A DNA stretch of 64,000 nucleotides, taken from positions 544,816 through 608,815 of the forward strand of contig NW_014577073.1 in the NCBI RefSeq assembly GCF_000485595.1. The letters are read 5' to 3'. Position numbers and translations under genes: made by a program. Of this stretch, positions 40,216 through 54,200 are shown in pieces. Source of the DNA: Priapulus caudatus (taxonomy: Eukaryota). The notes beneath the pieces were generated by a model. The model worked only from the letters and a program-made list of their open reading frames with translations. It did no database searches and was not told the DNA's origin. Position 1 is the stretch's first letter. Every line of letters begins with the position of its first letter.

Positions 40216-43200
40216 GAGAGAAGGGAGAGGGAGAGAAAGAAAGAGAAGAGGGAGAGTAGAGAGAGAGAGAGATCATCAACCACTTGTCCTGGTTGGCACA
40301 TATCCGGTCCCGGATGAAGCTGAGTAGTGACGCGACCCTCACCGTGGCGCGAGTGTGCACTGTCATTCCAATGAGGTCATACTCGTAGCTCTCCACCTCA
40401 CCACCTGCTGTCCAAACGAACCAGACATAACATACAAGCATCGTGTCAAGGGGGAATGACAAGAACCATGGCCACCGGTTGACCCCAACGCGTCAATTCT
40501 TCGGCATCATGCGCCGGTCGGAACTGTCCCATATTCCCACCCGACACGTCTCGATCAAATACTTGAATATATTTGTATATATATATATATATATATATCA
40601 TATATATATATATATATATAAATGTGCATGTATGTATATATCAATATATAATATATATATATATATATTGATATGGGCCGCTTAGCTGTTGGCATTAGGT
40701 TAACGTGAGTGGAACAACAACTGAAACAAACCTAGGGCGCAAGGTCAATTACTGAAAGACGACATGTACTCCTTGCAAATATCATCGAACACGGGTCACG
40801 GTACCATTTTCAAATAATGAAACCCTGCCGAATACATATACAACAACAGGTGTATGCACACGCACACGTGCACGCAACGCACAGCACGAACTGCGCACCG
40901 ACAAACCACGCACAGCAGACGCACGCCATCGCAACACACACCACACACGGGGACACACACACACACCCACACACATGTATATATCCCTCAGCAGTCCCAC
41001 AAAACGCGGCACGTGCACGTTGCCGCGGCGACCGGCGACTCACCCTTCTCGCTGGCCGTGCCCATGAGCTGGTCCTCGGTGTATCCGGTCATGTCGAGAT
41101 GCAGTGGGAAGCTGAAGTGTGTGTTCACCTTCTCCTTCATCATCGTGATCATGTTGAAGAGGTAGCGCATTGTGTTGAAGCAGAGGATGCGTGGCAGCTT
41201 CTTGAAGCAGGCCCTGCATGTGTGAATCACACACGTTAGGGAGGAGCGCGCGCTCACCGCGACGCCGACACCGACACACGCAAGCATCTTTACTCTTATT
41301 CTGCTCTCATACCGGATGATTTTCTTTTAGATATAATGTCACACTTCAGTAACATGAGCTTGGGCATCATGGGTTACAATCCGAGGGGTTAACATGTAAA
41401 TTATTCATGTACATATGGTGCATTACATGTACTATTAACATGCGCATGGTTCTGCTCGAGCGGCTACTTATTTAATAATCATAATTGATAAATAATAAAT
41501 AAAATTTTAATAATTTATCCTAAGTAGTTATTAAAAAATTTTAATTGAAAAATTATCGTAATAGAATGTATTCGTGGATAATTACATAAATTGTGTTTAT
41601 CAAATGAAATAAATATGATACTTGTTCTACAATGAAATCTAATTGGCTGTGCTGTGCTAATATTGTGATATTTATTGAAACTAACCATTATCACATTCTG
41701 CTGGGTGCAGTATTATATGCCAAGAACCAAACCCATTATGGTTATCTATGAAGTGGTGGGGGGGGGCAAAGAGGCAGAGTGTACACCCAAAATCTTTATG
41801 TTCAAGATATTCATGGTAGCAATGTCATTGCTCTACATCCATTAATATCTACACGTTTGCAGTTGGAAAATATTCACCACGAATCAGCTCTCGACTCTTA
41901 AGACACGACATGGATTTTGCGACAGGACACAGCAGAAACACTAGACACAGATGCTTGCCGTTTTTCCGCTCGGACCTTCTTACTGCACTGCGAACAAGTG
42001 TACATATTGTCGCCCTCTAAAGTATCCTTCACTGTGACCTCATCCAGTGATTCCTGCAAGTAGGCAAACCCACCAGAACTTGAATTCTCAGTATGCTATA
42101 TCAGAGCAGAAATTATTTTAACCAAAAATCATCAAGAATTGAACAAAATCTTTTGCTTTTGTGCAGAACTCCTGACACAGCCAAGCTAAAATATTTGCAG
42201 ATATCAATACGATCAAAATTAAATGTGTTGATGATTTACAGTATCAATATAGGAAATCAAAATGAAATGGGATGAAATAAGATTCATTATTTGGTTTACA
42301 TAAATAAATAAGTATAAATAAATAAATATAAGTAATACTCACATAAAGGTTCTTCATGTCTGACACTTGACATCTAACACAGTAGAACTCCTCTTCTGTT
42401 TTGCTAACATGAGGGCAGTCCTGTGTGGATAGTGCAACATGCTTGTATTATACACAGGCACATTACTACATGTGGCTGGCATTGGCAGAGATGCCATTAA
42501 TTGCCACTACTAATGGTATTCACAAGAAATACTTTCTTATGATTAAAATTACATCTTAAGCTGCTGGTGTAAGTGCATAACATCGAGGAATAGTTCTTAA
42601 TTCCCTTTTCACAACAATATGACTTAGTCACATGCATCTGCAACGTGATAAATTCATCATATTTTTCAATCCCAGGAGACAAGTATCAAGATTTTAAATA
42701 GGCTTACCAATGATATCACGTTATTCGTTATCACTCCACTGAATAAATTCTTCACTAGTTCCTTCTGCAAAAGTATCATAACCATATATGTAAATCTGCA
42801 ACACGAGTATTAGAAAATATGTAAACACTGGAGTGCCTACTATGCCTAGGGTGCCTTAATAGGGTTTTAGGTATCTACTGTTATACACTAATATAAAGGG
42901 AGTATGCAATGTTATGTGATACCATTACATATTAGCCCTACGGAATAGTGTAATATTACATAGTAATGTGACGACATTATACTACGAGACATTGTGCTAT
43001 TGTATAACATTTTTACGTCGTAATGCTATGGAACAGCATGACCTAACATAGCACACTACGTGGTATTGTGTTATGAGATGGTGTGATACAATGCAACGGT
43101 GTCGTCCGGTAATGCAACAGAGTGTGCGATGTTGTCCCTACTCACCAGCTGAGGCGACATCTCCTCCAACTTGCTCACTAGATCAGTGAAGAACTCAGTC

Positions 43201-43694
43201 ATGTCCTTCTGCTCTCCTGTGTTCAGTGGCTGATTGTCCATCGTGTACACCTTACAGAAGTTCTTCGGGTTGTACACCTTTCGTTCACTGTCCTGAAAGT
43301 TCCACGCCAGAGATTAGTTCTTTTTGACGCATGCACATTTTAGGCATTGGATAGATAATCCTTTTTAACTGCTGTTTGTTTTGTTTGTTTGTTGTTGTTG
43401 TTTTTTTGTTTTTTTCAACCGATATATGATACATTATATTTCATTGATTCACGTGGTACTAATAATAGTGTGGTGAAACACATTGACTATGCTGCAGAAC
43501 CATAATGATCTATTAGACTTCATGACAATCTGATTTCTAAACCTACAATCAAGCAGGGTTATGGTTTATATCCTAAAGTAAAAAAAATATGATGGTTCAC
43601 GTCTATATATAACGATGAAAACAAATTATAATGATATATTTAATCACTTATTACCTCCGCGCAACGGAGTTGCAGGGGAAGTAATGTAATCGGT

Positions 43695-43749
<55 letters not shown>

Positions 43750-46700
43750 AGTCCGCGCGGCGCGATCGATAGTGCGTTGAGTCAGCGAGCGGCGAGTCAG
43801 CAGCAGGCGAGTGAGTCAGCAGCAACCNNNNNNNNNNNNNNNNNNNNNNNNNTCCTAACTCCCATGCCCCTATCTCTAACCCTAACCCAAACTTCTTAGC
43901 CTTGAACACACTAACCATAAAAGCTAACCCCCGCCCTCATACTAACAACTAACCTAAACCTAAACCCTCAGCCCCTCATACTGAACAAGCTAACAACTAA
44001 CAGTAAACCTAACTCACCGCTTACCTCATCTAACTCTAACGCTAACCAAACTTAACTCTAACCTTTGACCCCACACTAACCTAAAGCTAACCCGCCCCCC
44101 CTCATTACTAACAACTAACAGCTAAGCCTCACAGCCAAACCCTCATTCCAAATCCTAACCCAAACTTACTCTAAAACCTTGACCCCAACATAACCTAAAC
44201 CTCACCCGCCCCTCATACTAACAACTAAAACTAAACAGATAAACCTAACTCCAGCTTCCTCATCTCTAATCTAACCCTAAATCCAAGACTACTCTAAACC
44301 TTGACCACACAACCTAAACACCTAACCCGCCCCCCCTAATACTAACAACTAACCTAAGCCTCACCCAACCCTCATCCTAACCCAAACTTACTGCTAACCT
44401 TGACCCCAACATTAACCTAAACCAACACCCGCCCCTCATACAAAACAACTAACCTAAGCCTCACCCCAGCCTCATCCTAAACCCAATTAACTCTAACTCT
44501 TGACCCCACATAACCTAAGCCTCACGCCCAAGCCCTCATCCTAACCCTAACCAAACCTGCCTTAACCCCAACACTAACGCACCTAACCGGCAGCAGATCC
44601 TCATACCCTGCGGGCAGGGACGACTCACCTTGCCGGCCGTGAGTGGAAGTAGTGCGCGCTCGACAGGGCGAGGACCGCGCTCGGCATCTGCCCGCGACTT
44701 CTCGACGAGCACGCGATGAGAGAGATCCATCTTTCTCGATCGATCGTCGCGTATTCTCCTCCGTCAGGGCGATGATGTCGTCGTCCTCCTCCTCGTCGTC
44801 GTCCGATCACCACTCCACAGACTGCGGCGGCGAAGAGAAAGGGAGGAGAGGGGTGGAGATGCGAGGAGAGATCGATTAGCGCACACGAGAGATCCTATTA
44901 ATACTATACTCCAAATTGAGATTCTTGGCTGCCGTTGCTCTACATACACTCTACAGACTTACCGACGTGACTTCCCTCGAGACTTCTCTTCATGCTAATT
45001 CTCGTCCACGTTCAAAGCGAAAATGAATAATCCGTTCGTGTGCATGACAGGGCAGTTTAACATACGACACATATAAAGCTAAGTGAATAGTCAGTCAATG
45101 TGAGAGACCCCGAGTATATGTGTAGCCACCTTCAAAAGCTAAATAGATAACCAGTTATGTGAAGAAACTTAGGCCCATGAGACCACCTCAAAGCTACATC
45201 AATAGTCTTGCAAAACGACACGGGCTGCTTACGAGAGATGTTTTAATACTACAAGAGTAGCCCATGTATGTACATAGACATGGGTCATACAACAGAACAT
45301 GTTTAATACTACAAGAGTCAGCCATGTAATGTACAAGACACTGGGTGCATACACAGACAGGTGTTTAATACTACAAATAGCCATGTATGTACACCAGACA
45401 TGGGTGCATACACAGACATGTTTTATATACTACAGAGTAGCCATGTATGTACAAGACATGGTGCATACACAGACATGTTTTAATCTGACAAGAGTAGCCA
45501 ATCGTATTACAAAGAATGGAGTGCATACACAGACATGTTTGACATACTACAAGAGTAGCCATGTATGTACAAGACATGTCATACATACAGACATGTTTAA
45601 TACTACAAAGCAGCCATGTATGTACAAGACATCGGTTGCATACACAGACATGTTTAATACTACAAAGAGTAGGCCATGTATGTACAAGACATGGTGCATA
45701 CACAGACATGTTAATACTACAGAGAGTAAGTCCATGGTATGTACAGGACATGGGTGGCATACACAGACATGTTTAATACTACAAGAGTAAGCCATGTATG
45801 TACAGGGACATGGGCGCATACACAGACATGTTAATACTACAAGAAAGTACCATGTATGTAAAGACATGGGTGGCATGACACAGAACATGTTTAATACTAC
45901 AGAGAGTAGCCATGTATCGTACAAGAACATGGTGCAATTACACAGACCATGTTTAATACTACAAAGGAGTAGCCATGTATGTACAAGAACAATGGGCATA
46001 CACAGACATGTTAATACTACAAGAGTACCCATGTATCGTACAAAGACATGGGTGCAATAACACAGACATGTTTAACTATACAAGAGTAGCCAATGTATTA
46101 AAGACATGGGTGCATACACAGACATGTTAAAAACTACACTGAATAATCGTGTCACCATGTGTATGAGAAACTATGCACAGCATTTTTAAACCTCTAACGA
46201 TACGGTGGCGCGTGCGTGCGCGAAACGACTCGGTGCTTACGTATTCGTGCCTTGGTGCGAGTAGAAGCTCGATCATCGCGAGATGGCGCGCTGCGGTTGA
46301 GAAACTCGCACATCTCGCCACACCATCTTCGCGATGTCGAGGAAGAAGACGAAAACTCGGCGAGATGCTTGCCTGTTGCGGCTTGCAGTGGTGGGCGCTC
46401 CGTGCGAGATCTGCAGGCAGCGCACCGTCGTCACGACGACGGCGGGACAAGCGGAGCTTGTATAGCAATTAGTTGTTGACTGACACCGTCGAACACAAGA
46501 GGTTTCTGACATTGGGCCAGTTATTCAGAGTCTCAGTGACTAGCATGTTTTTTTGAGAAGGGGAGGGTAAATGATTAATTGTGATGTTATGGACAGTGTT
46601 ATAAATGCAATTAACTGAATCAATTATTTAAAGATCGTTACGTAGTCTCATGGAGAACAAAAATAATATTGAAGGTGGTATTGAGTATGGTACGTCACAG

Positions 46701-49700
46701 AAAGGTATTCGAACTGCATAAGCTCAAATGTAGCTTGGATGGGAAATGTGAAATCCAACTTACCAAAGACAGAAGCATTTTTACAAAACGTTTAGCGCAG
46801 GACAAGTTGCCCATATCTCCCTCTTACCATCGTCTAGTCCTCTGAAAAAAGAACCATCACCGTTTTTATCGCCCTACCTGTCGAATTACAATACACTACC
46901 TATCACATAGATTATCTGAAACAAGTAACACTATGCTACATATACTTGTATTTAAGAACACATTAAATATTAAGAAACTCATTTTGCACATCACAATACA
47001 TACTTGCAGAAACTTAAATATAACCAGAGATGCAGAAAATCGTTGTGGCGACGATATCAAGAATCGGCAAGACCGACTTGGCACATGGATTTACGGAAGC
47101 TGTCATCATGCGGCATCGTCACTTACGTGTACGAACATACACAACGGTTGCAACGTAACCTGCCACTTTTAAGATAGTGAGCATGGTGACTCGGCCGCAA
47201 CTCTGGTTTGATCACAATGAATGCACAACCTGTGAAACATCTGCGGATAGAGAGATAGAGAACAGTAAATCAAGTCCTACTCATTCTCTTACATCTCTCC
47301 TTCTCCTCTCCCTTTCTATTCCCATCGTATCTTTACCCTCCATCCCTCTCTCATCACCCACTAATTCCTGTCTCTAGTGTGCTTACTTCTGTTGTATATA
47401 TTGCAACCCCGCAAGTCCTTTCTCTCACGGAGCAAAAAGAACAATCAAATTAATACTTTAGCCTAGTCTTTCAACGCACACACACCAGTACTGATGCTTC
47501 CTTGCAAATTTTCAGAACGCATCTTAACGAAATTTTCTGTGAGAATTTGCTTTTACCTCAATTACTCGCAGAGCCATCGTTGTGAACATGTCATATCCAA
47601 TATGCACATTCGTGTCGGCGCAAATTTCCAGCGAGACGTTGACAACTTGCCGAAAAGATTGCCGACGAAGAAGAGATACATCACGTAACCTGTCTGACTA
47701 CTTGATTGGAACTTTATTAGTATCTGCACTGCCACACTGGTCGTCTGGCATATGTCTCCAGGAACCACTGGCAATAGACACCAAATGGCATAAACTCTCA
47801 AGATCCCATAAACAACTGCATCAGCGTTCAACAACTAATGCCGGTTCTACTTGAATCTAAACGTGTCGATAAATGCCCATTAGTATGGCTCCAGTGCTCG
47901 TACGAATTATCCATTCAATGTGAATAATTAGAGGGATTAAACTGAACTAAAACCCCTTATGACAGCGTTAATCAGTGTGCACAAGCAACAATTATTGTAT
48001 GTAGAATCTGTATGTTACATGCAACTCTCTGCTCTAACGTTTACTCTGCTAACGATTTAATCTAATTGTAGCGCTTTGTTCACATTGTGTTTGTTGCCAA
48101 ATCACGTGATGTTCATCTTTGTGGGTTGAGTCAGATTCAAGGTAGATCTTACTTAAATGAAGGCAATTGAGTTAGACTTGCACCAGCTTTAATAGCCCCA
48201 AATATCCAGACAACGGCCTTTCTATTGACATTATATCGAGAACAGAACAGCACACGGGTGATGCTAGCATGGATGGGATGACTGTGACACCTACCTCGCA
48301 TGATTCATGACTATAGCACTTAACACTGTTTTGTGAGAAGCTCGATTCCACTGGCAGCAAATGGGTCGGCTAAAACACACGAAATGAACTAAGTCAGCAA
48401 CATGTGATTAGCAACAAGGGCACCTCCGATTCACCAACAAGAGCAGGGCTAAAATATGGCACGACTATAATATCATAATGATATTGAATACTGAACTTGA
48501 ATATAGAAATATTGAAAATAGAAATATTGATAATAGAATTGAATTCGAATAAACTATTGACACTGCTCTACATTCAATCATGATGGCATGTGAACACATC
48601 CATGTTAATTCCATTTTCAATAATTCATGGTAGCAGTCGGTCCATCATTTCTGCAAGTCTGCTACTTCCATAATTTGATGTCACGACATATAGACTGAAA
48701 TCAAATTTAATAGTGTTACAATAAACTAGTTGGTGCTTAGATTAAATTCTGGGAGTGTATTTGACATTAGGATATCAGAGTAATCTAGTTGTGATTTTCA
48801 ACATAATTGTATCATATGTTTGTAGCAATAATTGTCAGCATTTTTAAATTGTAATTGTAACAACCATGTGTTTTGCTATTCATTTCAAATCTGTTTAACA
48901 AACCTTTTGCCTTTGAATGGAGCAAGAGTCTCTAGTAACAAACGATGTGCCTGAGCTGACAAGACATCATGAGACCTTCACTGGGGTCAGAAGAGTCATG
49001 CGGTAAATACGCACATAGCTGCCACATAAACCTGGTAACAAGAAGCAGCAAAATACTGAAACCATCCCCTGAAAAACAGTTTACACTTGTATGTTGTTAT
49101 TCATATACTCTATCTTATGAAATATAAGGGATCGGGCATTTTCCTTGTTTGACGCTTTATTTATCAAATTAACAGACATATTCCCTAGTAATTCAGAAAA
49201 GATAACTACTCAATATCAAATATAGCTTTAATAAAAAAAGAAATTAACTACCCAAAGTATGTGTGATCGAAGATTGTTTTTATCCTGCAAGAACTGTGTG
49301 TTGTCCTGGCAGATCCACTGGCAACGAGAAAACATGCTAAGTCACTTATGTATAACTAAATACTATATTATTGTTGCACACTAAAAATTATGTGCGATGA
49401 AATGAGCAAAACATACGCAGTAATTTAGAAAGGCAGTAACAATGATATGGTAAATTAAAAGTAACAAATTGTAAGCAATTCTACTTATTAAAATAAAATT
49501 TATTTCTAGAATGAAGTTGTTCTTACTACTAATCTCGTTGGCGAATAACAATGGTTTACAAGGGTTAAATTCTTTTTTTTTTTTTTATTTTAAATTTTTA
49601 CAACCCACTTGTGAAAGCTCTTCGGAGAAGGTCAAAAGGTTGGCAGAGTGACTGGCTTCTCTGATAGAGGCTATTCTGATGGCCTCTTGTTGTCGCATCG

Positions 49701-51137
49701 CTCAATAGAACAACATGTAGGCAACTGTTGTCTGTAGGCAACATGAAAATACATGTTAGAAATTCCCCCTCCACGTTCACGTGGCATTAATTTATAGAAA
49801 TAACTTCCCCGAAACATTTCTAACACAAAGTTACTATCAGGAACATGATAAAGTGAAAAAAAAATTGCCTGTCCATTAAAAACGTGCAATAATTGCAGCC
49901 TTCAGAATACATCACAACATCATCTCTGTTCATTCAAATCCCCAACGCGTTCATAGTAATGCAAATAACATGAACAGTTACATTGCTTCGATGACGAAAA
50001 TTTGAAGTTCGATTGAAAAAAAGATGTGGATAATTCTAGCCGAAGCTTTCACGTTGACCTCCGCTCTTAGCCCTCACCAATACGAATATCTAGTTTCATT
50101 CCGAACGCAAAACGAGTTACGAGCCAGGAAAAAAATTCTGGTTCATAATCGCAACGACTCACCTTTTCAAACGAAAAGTCCTGAACTTGTCATTCACGGA
50201 TCATCACGTCTTGCTCTGTGGAAACAGCCAATCCGTAGGCATTATGACTACCAGCACCGAAGCGTCTGCCATTTAAGCACGATTGCAAAGATTCACATCA
50301 TCGCATTCACCGCACACTCACAAATCTGCAACGCCGGCGAATATACATCGCTGTGCTATAACGGAAACAATGAACGTTTAACCACTTTCAATCATTTCCG
50401 AAAGTGCAACACTTATTTTATAAAACTACCTGACATTACAGGAACGTGATTACTAACAAGGTAACGAGATGGCCTGACAAGGTAAACAGGTTTTTTTTCT
50501 TCTGCCACACCAACTTTTTCTAAGAAGAATTAACTGCGTAATTAATCGGGTTGTGAGCCGAGGTATAGTCAAGAAGTTGATGGCCTTGCCTGCATGATCA
50601 CTACAGGAATAGATGGAAACTACATGTTTTTGCTAACTTACAGTTCATTTCGCCGCCAAAAGCACTCGGGGAGAGCAATCTGAGGCAGTGATCGAAGGCT
50701 GTCACCTGAGCATATTGAATAGATACCTGCGCAGGTAAGAGAAACAGGTGATGAGAATACACGGTGAAGAGATACACAGATATGAATACACAGACATTAT
50801 CATATTCGCACACAATAGAGTAAACACTCAACATAGTGGTTTGTATACTTGTTTTTACCACTGGTGAAGTGAAGAATACTGCTGTAGCTATTTTGAGAGC
50901 CCTAAGCCTAGAATGCGACATGTATGTAATTAATGTAGTGTGAGAATTAAAACCAACACCGAATTGCACTCTTCGAATATCTTCTATGAAAGGATGGCAT
51001 TCATTACAATAGTAAATATATTATATCAGGAAGTGAGTAAAAATCACACCTGATAATATGCATATATAAAGAGAGAGAGAGAGAGAGAAAAGAGAGAGAG
51101 AGAAGGACAGAGAGACAGTAGAGACAGAGAGACGAGA

Positions 51138-51179
<42 letters not shown>

Positions 51180-51217
51180 AACACAGAGAGAGACAGAGAG
51201 ATAGAGAGACGAGAGAC

Positions 51218-51248
<31 letters not shown>

Positions 51249-54200
51249 GACTAGAGAGAGAGAGAGAAAGGAGAGAGAGAGGAGAGAAGGGAGAGGGAGA
51301 GAAAGAAAGAGAAGAGGGAGAGTAGAGAGAGAGAGAGATCATCAACCACTTGTCCTGGTTGGCACATATCCGGTCCCGGATGAAGCTGAGTAGTGACGCG
51401 ACCCTCACCGTGGCGCGAGTGTGCACTGTCATTCCAATGAGGTCATACTCGTAGCTCTCCACCTCACCACCTGCTGTCCAAACGAACCAGACATAACATA
51501 CAAGCATCGTGTCAAGGGGGAATGACAAGAACCATGGCCACCGGTTGACCCCAACGCGTCAATTCTTCGGCATCATGCGCCGGTCGGAACTGTCCCATAT
51601 TCCCACCCGACACGTCTCGATCAAATACTTGAATATATTTGTATATATATATATATATATATATCATATATATATATATATATATAAATGTGCATGTATG
51701 TATATATCAATATATAATATATATATATATATATTGATATGGGCCGCTTAGCTGTTGGCATTAGGTTAACGTGAGTGGAACAACAACTGAAACAAACCTA
51801 GGGCGCAAGGTCAATTACTGAAAGACGACATGTACTCCTTGCAAATATCATCGAACACGGGTCACGGTACCATTTTCAAATAATGAAACCCTGCCGAATA
51901 CATATACAACAACAGGTGTATGCACACGCACACGTGCACGCAACGCACAGCACGAACTGCGCACCGACAAACCACGCACAGCAGACGCACGCCATCGCAA
52001 CACACACCACACACGGGGACACACACACACACCGCACACCACATGTTATATATCCCTCAGCAGTCTCACAAAACGCCAGCTGTCTGTTGTGCACGCGTGC
52101 CGCGGCGACGCGCGACTCACGGCCTCATCGCTGGCCGTGCCCATGAGGCCTGGTCCTCGGTGTATCCCGCGGTCATGTCGAGCATGCAGTGGGGAAGCCT
52201 GAAAGTGTGTGTTCACCTTCTCCTTCATTCATCGTGATCATGTTGAAGAGGTAGCGCATTGTGTTGCAGCAGTAGGATGCGATGGCACTTCTTGAAGCAC
52301 GCTCCTGCATGTGTAATCACACACGTTAGGGAAGGAGCGCGCGCTCACCCCCCCCCCCCCCCCCCGCGAGCGCGACTCACGCACGCATCTTTAGCTCTTA
52401 TTACTGTCTCTACCGGAATGATTTTCTTTTAGATATAATGTCACAGCTTCAAGTAAACAATGAGCTTGGCGCATCATGGGTTACAATCCGAGGGGTGAAC
52501 ATGTACATTACATGTAAATAAAAACAAAAAAAAAAAAAAAATTATTCATGTACATAATGGTGGCATTACATGTAACTATTAACAATGCGCATTCTGCTCG
52601 AGGGAGCCGCTATTTTTTTAAATAATCATCATTGATTAAATAATAAATAAAATTTTAATAATTTATGCTAAGTAGTTATTAAAAAATTTTAATTGAAATA
52701 ATTATCGAATAGAATGTATTCGTGGATAATTACATACAATTGTGTTTATAAATGAAATAAATATGATATTTGTTCTACAATGAAATCGTTAATTGTGTGC
52801 TGTGCTAATGGTTGTATATTTATTGAAACTAACGCATTATCACATCTGCTGGGTGGCAGTACTATATGCCAAGAACGCAACACCATTATGGTTATCTATG
52901 AAGTGGTGGTGGGGGGGGGTCAAAGAGGCAGAGTGTACACCCAAAATCTTTTTGTTCAAGATATTCACTGGTAGCAAATGTCAATACTCTAGCATCCATT
53001 AATATTCTACACGTTTGCAGTTGGAAACCTATTCACCACGAATCACTCTCGACTCTTAAGACAGCGACAATGGATTTTGCGCCCAGGACACAGCAGAAGA
53101 CACTAGACAGAGCTCTGCCGTTTTCCAGCCTCGGACTTCTTACTGCAACTGCGAAGCAAAGTGTACATGTTTGTCGCCTCGTAAAGTATCCTTCACTGTG
53201 ACTCATGCCAGCGGATTCCTGCAAGTAGGCAAACGCCATCAGAACTTGTAATTCTCAGTATGTCTATATCAGAGCAGAATGTATTTTAACACAAAAAATC
53301 AATCAAGAATTGAACAGAAATCTTTTGCTTTGTGCAGAATTATGTTGGCCTTCACTGACACAGCCAAGCTAAAATATTCGGCAGATATCAATATACGATC
53401 AAAATGAATGTGTTGATGATTTACAAGTATCAAATATGGGAAATCAAATGGAAATGGGATGAATAAGATTCATTATTTGGTTTACATAAATGAAATAAGT
53501 ATAAATAAAGTAAATATAAGTAAACTCAGCATAAAGCGTTCTTCAATCTGACACTTGACATCTAACACAGTAGAATCCTCTTCTGTTTTGCTAAACTGAA
53601 GGGCAGTCCTGTGTGGATAGTGCAACATCTTGTATTATACACACACATTACTACATGTGGCTGGCATTTGGCAGAGATGACATAATTGCACTCCTAATGG
53701 TATTCACCAAGAAAATACTTTCTTATGATTAAAATTACATCTTAAGCTGGCCTGGTTGTAGAGTGCATAACATCGAGGAATAGTTCTTAATTCCCTTCAC
53801 AACAAATATGATTGTCACATGCATCTGCACACGTGATTAAATCATCATATTTTTGCAATCGCCAGGAGACCAAGTATCAAGATTTTTAAATAGAGCTTAC
53901 AATGATATCCACGTTATTCGTTTATCACTCCACTGAATAAATTCTTCATTAGTTCCTTCTGGCAAAAGTATGCATAACCATAATATGTAACATCTGCAAC
54001 ACGAGTATTAGAAAAATGTAAACACGGCGGTGCCTACTATGCTAAGGGTGGCTAATTAGGGTTTAGGTATCTACTGTTATACACTAATATAAAGGGAGTA
54101 TGCAATGTTATGTGAATACCATTACATATTAGCCCTAACGGATAGTGTAATATTACATAGTACTGGTGACGACATTATATCTACGAGACATTGTGCTATT

